A stretch of DNA of 63,986 nt, the filler included, from Stramenopiles sp. TOSAG23-6 (Eukaryota): assembly GCA_900128565.1 (NCBI GenBank). It is 7 parts of 7 records of this genome, joined end to end, with 100 filler letters (N's around TTAATTAATTAA, not from the genome) between each part and the next. Parts side by side here need not be neighbours in the genome. Positions count along the whole stretch, not along the records: positions 36,963 to 46,047 come from LT636394.1; positions 46,148 to 55,211 come from LT636395.1; positions 55,312 to 63,986 come from LT636425.1; 4 more parts are not named here. One strand, written 5' to 3'. A program made the position numbers and the translations under genes. Under the pieces are notes generated by a model that saw only the letters and a list, made by a program, of their open reading frames with translations, ran no database searches and was not told the DNA's origin. Positions 44,849 through 56,551 of the stretch are shown here, one piece after another; the first letter of the stretch is position 1, and each line of letters starts with the position of its first letter.

Positions 44849-45951
44849 ATGAACAGCATGGAGAATGCTGCAACTCCGATGGATGTTGTTCAAACTTCTG
44901 GCACCAACCCAGCGGTAAAAACACCAATAGTAGCTGGTGCATTGGCAGACAATGTTTCTTCTACTACAACTTCAGAGATGTCAATATCAGACTCTTCTAC
45001 TCAACCACCTGTATTAAAGGATAATACAACATCGGATGCTACTCCAAGCATTTTACCACCATCAGTGATGGAACAATCAGAGTCTCCTGCTGTTGCAGCA
45101 GTGACTATATCGATCAGTGAGCGTTACCCAACTCTTAATGCGGAGTCTGCAAAACACCCTCGACCAAGTGATACGAAGCTTGACTATGGAACTGCAGGTT
45201 TCCGTCTACCTTCTGAAAAGTTGGATTCAACAGCTTTCCGTATGGGTCTTATAGCTGTTCTTCGTGCCAAACATCAAGGTGCTATTACTGGTATTTGTAT
45301 GACTGCATCTCACAATCCTATTGCTGACAATGGCATCAAATTGGCTGACCCTGACGGAGGTGTGATTGATCCGAGTTGGGAAGGATACTGCAATTTACTT
45401 GCAAATGCACAGGAAGGTAAGGTTGCTGAATGTATTCAACAAATTGTAGACGAAGAAAAAATTGATCTGGAAAAAGAAGCTAGTATTTTCATAGCTAGGG
45501 ACACTCGACCAAGTACGTTTTCAAAATTTCAAAAGTTTATTTTTTTTTTCGTACTAAAATGTGTACCTAACAAAAAAAAATCAAATTTTTGATTTTTTTT
45601 CACAATACATGTGGTGAACATCTCATAACTCTAGCGCGAGAAGCTGCTCTGATTCTTCGAGCGAATGTCCTCGACTTTGGTATTCTCACTACTCCTCAGT
45701 TACATTCTTCTGTTCGTATGTTTAATCTTGGTGACAAGATACATTTCACTGAATCTGGTTACTACAAAATGGTAAGTGATGCATTCATAAGCTTGCTTTC
45801 CACCACTGAAGATCAAAATCAGTTGGAAACAAGAGACTGGAATATTATTGTAGATGGGGCGAATGGAGTTGGTGCTCACAAATTAGCTAAATTACAAGTA
45901 GTTCTTGGTGATGCTGGGCGTCTAAAACTAGAAATTCGCAATGGTGGAAAT
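44849..45951 (+). CDS. PGM3: Phosphoacetylglucosamine mutase; exons 44849-45512 and 45611-45951; 3' truncated
   Basis: YGTAGFR, MTASHNP..DNGIKL.DP.G, RDTRPSG, TTPQLH and VDGANGVG. Confidence 0.93.
45513..45610 (+). mobile_element. Non-canonical intron, GT...AT (98 nt)
   Basis: CCA A|GTACGT...TACCTAAC...CACAATACAT|GT GGT restores conserved DTRPSG. Confidence 0.92.
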
Positions 45952-46047
45952 GTACGTTTTATTTTTTTTCAATTTCTAATTTTGTTTTTTATAAAAATTT
46001 TGTACCTAACAAATTTTAGTTTTTTTTTTTTTGAAATATTTTTCCAA
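45952..46047 (+). mobile_element. Family intron cut by contig end (AAT|GTACGT)
   Basis: Consensus sequence. Confidence 0.82.
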
Positions 46048-46147
46048 NNNNNNNNNNNNNNNNNNNNNNNNNNNNNNNNNNNNNNNNNNNNTTAATTAAT
46101 TAANNNNNNNNNNNNNNNNNNNNNNNNNNNNNNNNNNNNNNNNNNNN

Positions 46148-46235
46148 TGTATTTTGGAAAAATATTTGAAAAAAAACGTTAGGTACAAAATTTCGTACGA
46201 AAAAACATTGGAATTCGAAAAAAAATAAAACATAC
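46148..46235 (-). mobile_element. Family intron at contig start (TAT|GTATGT...AAAATACA)
   Basis: Consensus sequence. Confidence 0.82.
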
Positions 46236-48506
46236 ATACCCTCCATCTACACCTTTAGAGATTTGTGACTGAATGAGCCAAGAAAACCAACGGTCCAGCC
46301 GGGGCCATATACTTTCAAGAAAAAGTATCATTTCTGTATTGTCTTCATTTTCGTCATTATTAGGCGCAAACCGAAGGAAGTGTTCCAATACCAATAAAAT
46401 TGTAGGCGGATTTGCATGTGTTTTGTGTTGAGGAATAAATTGATCTGGGACGCGACTCTTTGCTTCTTCTCCTAAAATTTGTTCTCTAGGCAACCAAGTA
46501 TTGTGAAAAATATTTTGTTTTGGATAAAATAATCGTTACGTGCAAAATTTCGTATAAAAAAAAACAATTGAAATTATAGCGGACAAGGTACATCCCGAGG
46601 GTTGGACTTGATTCATCCAATGTGCCATAATATCCATTGCCATGGTAGCATCCCAAGTAGCAATGACCAATAAATGAAAGCCTTCATCCCAAAGAAATCC
46701 CCTTGGAAAAAATATATTGTAAAAAATTATTTTTTAATTTTGATTTTGTGTTAGTTGAAGAATTAATTTTCTATGAAAATAAATAATTAATTTGAAATTC
46801 AAATACTAACGTCGTACATGGTCTGGAAGGAGATCCTGAAAAAAGTGGAGCCAATGGAGTAAATTCTTCTTTCTTTGATGAATTGTCATTCTTAATCATA
46901 GATTGGCCATAATAATATCCTATACCACCCAAAAGTTCACTGAGCGCAGATTCAGCAAATTGCAAATAAGTCGTATCATGTATGTTGGAAAAATATTTCA
47001 AAAAAAAAACTAGAATTTGTTAGGTACAAAATTTCGTACGAAAACAAAATCGAATTTGAAAAAAAATAAAACATACATGAGGCTTCTTTTTTTTTCTCTC
47101 TTTTTTGTTCTCTTTTTTGTTTTTACTACTATTTGTATCCTTTAGACCCTGAGGTTTCTTCTTTTTCGATAAAGCGAAAACTTTATTAAATCGGGTATGA
47201 AATCTCTTCACTCTTTTCGAAATTATTTCATCTATTTTCTTTGATACCTCCGAATAATTCGAATTTGTAATTTCTTTTGAATCCCAGTGCATCCAATGAT
47301 CTGCACCATCAACTTTTAGTGTTTTCGGAGTAAATATTGTAACAATCTCAAAATTAGTCGGGACAGTAAATTGAATAATAACAACATTTGCATTTATCCC
47401 ACCTTTTTTGGGGAATTTATTGGGAAGGTTTCCTCCATTTTTTTCCATGATATTTTTAAGTGTGTCATGGAGACGATGATTAGGGTTTTGTCGACGAGCT
47501 CCCCAATAATGTATTTTGGAAAAATATTTCAAAAAAATTTCGTTAGGTACAAAATTTCGTACGAAAACAAAATTCGAAATTGAAAAAAAAATTCAACATA
47601 CATGAACTGAAACTACTGAATCTTCTTCTTCTTCATTGTTCACAACAGACACGGTCTTGCCTGCAGCACTTACAACACGCACTGTAACATTGAATTCACC
47701 AATTTCAACAGCTGACGAGTCTCCAGTAATCATGTATTGTTGAAAAAATATATATTGTTGTTTAAAAATGATTTGTGAAAATGGTAAAAAAAAATATTCT
47801 ACATTCAATTTTGAGCACGGTAAAAAAAAAATATTCTACATTCAATTTTGAGCACGTACATTACACCTGTTTCATCGCGATTCACAAGTTTCAAATATGA
47901 ATGTTCTGAACAATCAAAATCGCAGTCGAGAACAATCGCATAAAATATATCAACTAGATTCATTTGTCGATCAACTTTAGCAGAAGCATCTTTTGAAGAG
48001 GACAGAGTAGAAAACGATGTACCACGAATTCGAGCGGCCCAATTATTAGGCACATCTAGCGACTTTAAAAACGATGTCTCGAGTGAAAGATTGGATTTAC
48101 TATCTACAATGTCTTGGACACCGAAAGTTCGCCCATCATGATATTTCCAACGATATTTATCAATATTATCACTCATTGAACACTCATGACGCAGTTCCTG
48201 CCCAGGAGCACGGGAACGCCACATGACACCAGTTGCAACAGATTCTGGAAAAGTACGCGATTTAGTTCCAAAATAAATCCCAGGTCTATAAGTACCCCAA
48301 AGGAGAGCATTATTGTGTGCTTTGTCGAAGACTGATAAAGGTGAATTTTCACCAAACGAGACCTCAGGGGAAGACAAAATCGTTGGAAGTATTTTAAACA
48401 AAATCGCTACAATGACGGCAATTCCTGACATAAAACATAAAGAATATAAACTTACATTACTCTTGGAATTACTTTTATCATTTTTATTCTTTGAAGGGAT
48501 TGCCAT
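46236..48506 (-). CDS. MOGS: Mannosyl-oligosaccharide glucosidase I (GH63); six exons, 3' truncated
   Basis: LLWGTYRPGIYFG, LRHEC, HDGRTFG.Q.I.D, ALSELLGGIGYYYG, PSRPFFPRGFLWDEGFH, GWLPREQILG.EA.SRVP and ANPPT. Confidence 0.95.
46496..46591 (-). mobile_element. Non-canonical intron, GT...TT (96 nt)
   Basis: GGA T|GTACCT...TCACAATACTT|GG TTG CCT restores GWLPREQ. Confidence 0.9.
46712..46817 (-). mobile_element. Non-canonical intron, GT...AT (106 nt), strongly diverged
   Basis: CCA T|GTACGA...AACTAAC...TTACAATATAT|TT TTT CCA restores SRPFFPRG. Confidence 0.9.
46978..47076 (-). mobile_element. Family intron, GT...AT (99 nt)
   Basis: CAT|GTATGT...AACATACAT|GAT. Confidence 0.87.
47509..47601 (-). 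mobile_element. Family intron, GT...AT (93 nt)
   Basis: CAT|GTATGT...AAAATACAT|TAT. Confidence 0.87.
47732..47859 (-). mobile_element. Diverged intron, GT...AT (128 nt), with an internal ~37-bp tandem duplication
   Basis: GTA AT|GTACGT...AACAATACAT|G ATT, in frame. Confidence 0.8.
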
Positions 48507-48792
48507 GATTCATTAAACTATACAAGGGTTGGTGAAATTAATGATTAAACCTTCTGGCCATCCAAAAAAAATGATGAGTCAAATACGTAAAAATAGCAAA
48601 TTGCTGACTGATAGCTGACGACCTACAAATTTTGAATACGAACGTGGTACCATGTAATTATTTATTAGGTATAATATAACCTGTGTCATCCTGTGCCAGG
48701 AAAGATTGACGAACCCAGGATAGTAACTCTGCATTCTCTCGATAGTATCGCAATCCCAGAAAGAATCTTCTGATTTAGAGGATCTGAAAACA

Positions 48793-49772
48793 ATGTCGTT
48801 AGATTTTGACTCGTCCGGCTCATTGCCTCCAACGAAAAGCAATCAGCCAGACTTTGAGAAGTTAGGGACTGGTGTGAAAAGTTGGAATTCAATATTCTCC
48901 GCTCCAATATTTGTACTTTTTTCTTTCGGTGCAGTATGTGCTGTGTTGTTGACGACAGAGATTAAGCAAATGCCATCATATTATTCTGACAACGTGCCCA
49001 TGAGAGAAATGCACAAGCAAGAGTCCCCTGTAGTACCCCAAATTACTATATCAACTCACAATCAGTCAACTGCAAAAGTTGTGCGTTCTCAAAGTGGATC
49101 AATTCTAAAAGAGGTGAAGGAACCTTTATTTGTTGAACCAAATTCTCATACAACATCAACACCGAAAAACATTGAGGATTCAGATAACATTATGCATAAT
49201 CCTAAAAATGTATCAAGTCTAAAGAAAGTTCAGAAACCTGAAAAATTTGAACCAAATCCTGAGACCATTCAACGGGCTATGGCCCAGAAAAAAACTAAAA
49301 ATGTCGCAAACTCAGTAAGTGACAGAAAAACAAATGCTAACAACTCAGACACAGAAACATCAACGAAAACTACTGAATATGATCATTTTACTTTACCAAG
49401 TTCTAAACCACAAAGTAAAAAAACGGCACACGAAAAGTTGTACGTTTTCATTTCAATTTCGAATTTATTTTTTGGTACGAAATTTTGTACCTAATGATTT
49501 TTTTTTACGTATACGTTTTCATTTTAATTTCGATTTTTTTTTGGTACCAAATTTTGTCCCAACACATTTTTTTTTTCAAATATTTTTCACAAGACTTGAC
49601 TTTACCAAAACCTGAATTTAGTATTACAAATTTGTTGATTCATCCAATTATGCCCGAATTGGCACGAATGATTGAGAAAGGATCTAAATTTGAGGGAAAA
49701 AAACACGTTGATATTTTGCCCCCTGAGAATATTGTCTATCATCAGCATAAAATTCAAGAAGATGGAATTTAA
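48793..49772 (+). CDS. Hypothetical type II membrane protein; exons 48793-49439 and 49598-49772
   Basis: N-terminal TM and a low-complexity stalk; in-frame join across the intron. Confidence 0.55.
49440..49597 (+). mobile_element. Intron, GT...TT (158 nt), with an internally duplicated 5' module
   Basis: (G/A)TACGTTTTCATTT.AATTTCGA...GGTAC.AAATTTTGT occurs twice; ends CACAAGACTT|G. Confidence 0.75.
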
Positions 49773-49810
49773 TATTTAATATTAAAACTTGAATAAAAGT
49801 AACAATTAAA

Positions 49811-52800
49811 TTATTTTTGTTTTCTACTCTTTGCACTATACCGTAGCCATTGTATTAATACTTTTCGAAGTCTGCGTGATTTTATATGTTGATACAAATG
49901 AAGTAATTTACTAATTTCGCGTTTGACAATTTTGTGATGACGACTCCACCTCTTCCACAAGCTCCATGATTGCCATAATTTCGTATGATACATTCTCCGA
50001 AATATTGGATTTATTACGGATTTCATATTTTGAACATTTCGATAAAGACGAGTTTGATCAGCATGTATTGTGAAAAAATATTTAAAAAAAACTTGTTAGG
50101 TACAAACTTTCGTACTAAAAAAAAACTACAAATAAATTCAAAATTGAAAACGTACATAATGTTGCTCAATGATCGATAACCATTTATTAAACTTTTTAGC
50201 CTTCAGATTACGTCTATAATTATTTACTGCGAGTTGTAATCGATTTAGTATAGAATATGCATAGTGATAATGCTGAACTTTAGTAGTCCAACTTTGCCAA
50301 CTTTTACGAAGATTTTTCTCACTCCAGTGTTCATGTATTTTGGAAAAATATTTAAAAAAAAAACTAAAATTTGTTAGGTACAAAATTTCGTACGAAAAAA
50401 AACATTTGAAATTAAAAAAAATAAAACATACATAATCCCGAGAAATTATTGCGGAAATTCTCATTAACATTCTTTTTCGTGTGTTTTTAGAGTTTTGTAA
50501 TTCTTCCTCTTTTTTTATGATATTATTCTTGAAAATAAACTGTTTTTTTTTGGAATGTCGGATTTTCAAATCCCAATGCGCTTTGTCCATAACATGTAAT
50601 TTGGAAAAATATTTCAAAAAAAAATCGTTAGGTACAAACTTTCCTACGAAAAAAAAACGAATTTGAAAAAAAATAAAACATACATGTAATTTGTGTTTTA
50701 ATTCATCTTGAATTCCTGTAGCTGTATCCAACTTTGATTGCAATTCGCGTATTGCTGTTTTATGTTTCGCTGTAATATCCAATTGTTTATTTTTTGCAGA
50801 AGCATCACTACAAATTTTATACTGATTTTCCATATCAAGATAAGATGATGTAACTGCTTCTATCTTTGCTTCTAAAACATCTTTTTCTTTATTTTGTTGA
50901 ATCTCTAATTCGCAATTAGTATTTTCAATGGATGACAAATGCTTTTCGAATGCTAATTTGGTTGTATTTTGCTCATCTACAAGAATACTGTATGCAAGTT
51001 CCTTCGATTGTACTTCAGATTGGAGATAATTATAAGTCTCGTTGTGTTTCCTGTTCAATTCAATCTCAGAGTTTTCGGCAACTTCTAAATTTGCTTCAAA
51101 TTGAGACATACTCTTTTCATGTTGTTCTTTTAATGTTTTGTGAAAGTTTGCTGCAGTTTGTAGTTTCTCTTCAAACTTATGTATTTCTGTATTATGTTTT
51201 GTCTTTAATTTTAAATGTTTACTTTCTGCAGACTTAAGTTCGTTCAAAGATACAATGTGAAGAGTCTGTAAATCAATCGAAGCTTGTTTAGCATCTTCCA
51301 ATTTTTTCTCTAGTAGTACATTTTTTTCAATTTGATTTGCTTCTGATTCCATATGAGTAACTTCAGAAACTTTTAATGCATCTTCAAGTTTTGCTTTATC
51401 AAGTTTGATATGCAAGTTTTCCATTTCATGATCTTTTTCTAATTGAGAATACTCATTTTTTAAATCATTTAATTTTTGAATCTTTGCGATATAATGTTCT
51501 TCTAATCTATTGTGAGCTGTTTTGGCAGCTTTTATTTTTAAATTGAAGTCTTTGACTTCAGCATCATGTTTGATAAAGAGAGATGCTCGATCTATTCTAA
51601 GCTTGGACACCTTTGACAAATATTCTGTTTTTATTCCTTTATTATGCGCTTCTGATTTCAGTTTTCTTTTCTCCATTGAATCTAACTTTGTTTGAAATTG
51701 GTGTATTATTGTGTCATGTTTGGATTTCATTTCCACGTGTTCCATTGTCAAAGTGGCTTTCATATCCATAAGTGCAATTTGTGTAGAATCTATTTTTTTG
51801 TGTAATTCATTCACTTCTATGATGTGGTCATTGTGGTCTTTTAATTGTTTGGCTTTAGATAATTTGTGTATAACACGCAACCACTTATTAAAATTCAATT
51901 GCAATGAATGTGCAGTATATATTTTAAGACAATATTCCATGATCTCAGTCATGCGTTTAAGAACACGATGGCGTTTCATAGAATGCCTATGTGCAGTTTT
52001 TGTATTGATCACCCATTTTTGTAGAGCTTTACTTACATTAGCTAATCTCCAAATATCAAAAGTATTGTATAAAATTGTGACAGAAAGGATCTTATTCCGT
52101 GTACTAATCAAGTTGTTACGCCAGAGACGTATACCATTGTTCAATTTGTTATGCTTCCACAATGATGCAATGTTTTTAAGCACAATGCTTTGATATCTTT
52201 TAGTAAGTTTTTCCCTTTTTTGAGACATTTTAAACCAAGATATCCACGTTCTGAATGCAATTGACGTTTTACGATAGACCATGTGTTGTACTCTTTGTTT
52301 CACAATAATATTCAAGTGTTTCAATGATTTATGAATTTTTTCTTTCTCTCGTAAATATTGCTGCCAGGAATTCCATGCAACAAACAGATTCCGATGATAC
52401 ATACGGGCAAGTATTCTCTTTGCAGCTTCTATATTAGATGATACACTCAATGCATTATGATGTTTTTTTAAATATGAATTCCATTTTGTCGACATTTCTG
52501 TGACTTGTTGATGATAAATTTTCATCCTTGCATTATACAATGTATCATACGATGTTAGGTTATAACGGTTCTTCCGTTGTAAACATGTTTTCCACTTATT
52601 CCATGAGCGGTATATTAAGTAATTATGGATGCGACGGAGGACACCATTTATTATACTGATTGCCGATGAAAATCTCAAGTATGATGCATTATTGTACTGC
52701 AAATACGCATGCCAGTTGTTCCACGAACTGTATAATTGACGTAAGCGGTGGTGCCCCATCTTTCTATTAATAATATTATTCAATTTGTTTAATTTTCGAA

Positions 52801-55170
52801 ACGTACTATATTCTATTTCAAGAAAGGCCCGCCAAGTATTCCAAACTTGACACATTTGATTATTCTCAAATCGAATAATTATTTTTCGTAGTATATTTTC
52901 AGCAGAAATAAAGTTAACAAGCCTTCGTTTTTGATCATGTACAAATACTTGCCACTTTTTCCATGTACGAGAGATTCTTTTCTCATGTATACGACTGAAT
53001 GTTTGTTTTATTAATTTACTTTTGTATTTTAGCTGTATTTCTAGCTTGTTGACTTGATGCACTAATTGGTACCAAGTATTCCAAGCCCGAAATAATTGAT
53101 CATGTTGTAAAAGAACTAATGCTCGCTCAATAGTACGATTCACTGAGGTTATCACACAAATAGTATAATACTTAATATCTAGATATTCACGCCAATAATA
53201 CCACGCATAGTACAACTTACGATGTAACATTCGATTTACAAAAATTACCATCCGAAGTCTTAAGTAATCCGACCTTTTTTCATTGTGTCTTTCAAAATCA
53301 ACGATGTTAAACCAAGTTGTCCATGTGCGAACAATTTGTTTATGTTCGATATACTTCATTGCTCTGTCTAATATTATATCGGAAGAAATCAACTTCTGAA
53401 GAATATGATCTTTATCTTTCAGATAATCACGCCATTTTTTCCATGAGTGATACATACACCGATACTTGAAACGATTTATCACTAGTTTAATGATCATTCG
53501 ACTATAGACACTTAATTTACGCTGATCTTTTTGAACCCATGATAAATATTGCCAAGATTTCCATGCTCTACACAATTGGCAATGACGAAAACGAGTTACG
53601 ACACAATCCAATGTAAAATTGGCTTTGCCTAATATATTACACATGTTATTTCTACATTGAACAATTTGACACCAATCGGTCCATACTTTACGAATTGTAC
53701 GATTCTTTATACGATGCAGTTGTGCTGTAAATATCGCATTCACTGTTTTTAGATTTTGATACACAGTTTCTAAATGTAATAACTTTCTACGCCACGTATT
53801 CCATCCACGAAAAATCTGCAAATGACGATAGTAACCTATCGCTCTTTCAATGATTCCATTTACTAAATCTAATTTTTGAATGACTTTATTTTTCATTTTC
53901 GTATAGGTACACCAAGTAGTCCAAGCATTACACATTTTCCTATGTATCATACGATTTACCGAGACACGAACACGTACACAAACTTTTATATAACTTAATC
54001 TCCTATTTCGATGATATTGCACCATTTCCATCCATTTGCTCCATGATTTCCATACTTGCATCCGATTAAACCGAGATATTGCATTATCAACGAGACGGGA
54101 TAGATGGTTCATTGCTTTACTCATATGCTTTCTGTCTTTTGAAGTAAAATACCAAAAGTTCCAAAATTTAAGCATTTGATGACGTTGAAAACTATCCATT
54201 GATTTTTCTATGATACTACAAAATTTGTTTATCTTTTGATTGATATTCTTTCTATAATCTATAAATATACACCAATTATTCCATGCTATCGATACATAAT
54301 GATGTAAGAGTTTCCCTATAATTCTATTGACGTTCTCGAGAGTTTGTAAAGCAGAATGTTTTACGCTCACATGTTTGTGCCATATTTGCCACGTGCAAAG
54401 TAATTTTTTATGACTAAATCTTCTCTTCATAATTTTCATACATGAACTTACTATTCGACTATTACTTTTGTGTAGATGCATAACATAACACCACCTGTTC
54501 CAAGCGCGATGAATTTGTTGATAATACTGAAAATCAGCGTTTTTTTTGAATCCATGGTAAATACATGCTACTGCTCTATAAAGTAATATTTCTGGGTTCT
54601 GCCATGCCCGTAAAACTTTTATCTGACTAGTACTACTGCGTGAACTAATTAATTTTTTCAGTTGTTTTGATTTTTGATACAAAATACTACCTTCATATTT
54701 TGATACCTTTACGGTTTCATACGCTACTGTAAGAGCTGTTATACTATACCAAGTATTCCATGTTCTTCTAAGTAGAAATTTGTTATGAAAACTAAATATC
54801 TTTCCAAATAGAAGGGCAGATTGGAGTTGTTTCACTTTATTCTCTGCTAAAAGATTTCTATTTCTTTCCCTTTCTTGCCTTATTTTCAATGTAGTTCTAG
54901 TATCTGCTAATATCCATTGCATTTCTTGTTTCAATAGCTTTACTTTATCATATGATTCACGTGCAACTTGATGATGTAATACATTCCTCCATTTCAGCCA
55001 CGCAGAAAGAAGCATTCTAGATTTCCACTTCATTAACGTGTGAAAAACTACGACAGTTTTGGCGGCTGGGATTCTACCGTGTGTTTTGGTACGCGAGATC
55101 TCTATTTGTCCCTTCAATTTCTTCTCTTCATCATCTTTATGTAGAGAAGCTATGATGTTACTTTTATCAC
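49811..55170 (-). CDS. Sfi1-like centrin-binding repeat protein with a coiled-coil segment; three introns; 5' truncated
   Basis: More than 20 xxWxxW repeats at regular spacing, followed by a long coiled coil. Confidence 0.65.
50063..50155 (-). mobile_element. Family intron, GT...AT (93 nt)
   Basis: TAT|GTACGT...CACAATACAT|GCT, in frame. Confidence 0.85.
50333..50431 (-). mobile_element. Family intron, GT...AT (99 nt), in frame and stop-free
   Basis: Consensus copy read through in the ORF track as VCFIFF...KYFSKIH. Confidence 0.87.
50594..50683 (-). mobile_element. Family intron, GT...AT (90 nt), in frame and stop-free
   Basis: Consensus copy read through as VCFIFF...KYFSKLH. Confidence 0.87.
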
Positions 55171-55311
55171 TGGAATAATTGGTGTATATTTATAGATTAT
55201 AGAAAGAATATNNNNNNNNNNNNNNNNNNNNNNNNNNNNNNNNNNNNNNNNNNNNTTAATTAATTAANNNNNNNNNNNNNNNNNNNNNNNNNNNNNNNNN
55301 NNNNNNNNNNN

Positions 55312-55394
55312 TATTTCAAAAAAAAAACTTAAATTTGTTAGGTACGAAATTTCGTACGAAAAAAAATTCATAGTAAAAAAAAAATAAAACATAC
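55312..55394 (-). mobile_element. Family intron cut by contig start (mirror of 63904-63986)
   Basis: TTA T|GTATGT plus consensus core. Confidence 0.8.
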
Positions 55395-56151
55395 ATAATA
55401 CTCGTCTTCCATTTTCATCTTCAAGTATTGGATTCCATTCATATTCACTTTCTATCTCGTGGATATTCTCAATCAGTAAAGGAAGAAGGACAGACATATT
55501 TCGGTGATCACCTTGCCATATAATAGATGTGATTTTTGGGCAATAGTGGCACAAAATTCTATTTCTTCTTTTCTGTTGTTTTGCATCAAAGTAAGCAATA
55601 CGCAACTCGATATCACCTAAAGCATCGCCAATTTTCAGCTGCTCGTTGATAAATGTTGGTTGCAAGTCAGGCCAAACAAAAACCAGCCTCTTCACATTTT
55701 CTATAGTCAGTGAACGCGATACATGTGGACTAAGAAGCTTCATCAAGAACTGAACAACACTTCCGCGAGCCACAAGGGTGGCGTCTCGAAGGCATAACCG
55801 CTCTAAGATGCGAACGATTGGTTTCTCCATGCGTTTTCCAAACTGCGGCTGGATTGCTTCATCATGAATAACATCATATCCAGGTTCATCGCTAGGACGA
55901 GGTTCGAGCAACTTGGTGAAGTCAATCACAACCACGGTCTTTTCTTCGTAGTCATCTGTAAACAAAAGTTCTTGCAATACACCTGACAGAATTCGCATAG
56001 GATTTTTGCACTCGAATCCATGATCAAGAATGACAATAGCATCGTCGAGGTATTCTTTTGGCTTGTATGCACAGTAACCTTTTTTTGCAGTCCAAATACG
56101 AGCAGATGACCACTCACTTCGTTCTTCGGAAGAATATTGTTTTCGGCTCAT
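55395..56151 (-). CDS. Hypothetical protein, first exon (inverted-repeat copy)
   Basis: ~250-codon ORF ending at a family donor. Confidence 0.55.
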
Positions 56152-56551
56152 ATCCAATCAAATTGACTTTTAAACTATGCTGGATATATAAACAATTTTG
56201 ATGCTTCTATATTGTCTTCTGAATTGTTCTAATGGTTTAACCTTCCTATGACTGAAAAAATATAGATTATTGAAAAGAAAAACGTACTCAATAATAAGAT
56301 AGGTACTAGAGGTAGTTGTAGTTCCTACTGTATAAGCTAGCAGCAGGCAAAAGTTGACTGACTGACTGGCCAACTTCCGACTTTGTTTGACTGAAGTCGC
56401 CGCGATTTCGCCGATTCAGTGTGACTGACTGTTCAACTGTTGAGTTCTGTGTTTGTAGATAGACTGCCAGTTCTGAACCAGTATAGACGCAGAGTTGTAA
56501 TGGTATAATATTTCATCATCAAAGAAATCACCAAACTATACATCCTGTAAA

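Noticed and set aside
45511-45612. Reading the family as U12-type AT-AC introns by sliding 2 nt
   Set aside because: There is no ATATCCTT donor or TCCTTAAC branch site close to the 3' end, and the slide changes conserved residues (PGM3 Ser to Cys, AP2M1 Cys to Tyr).
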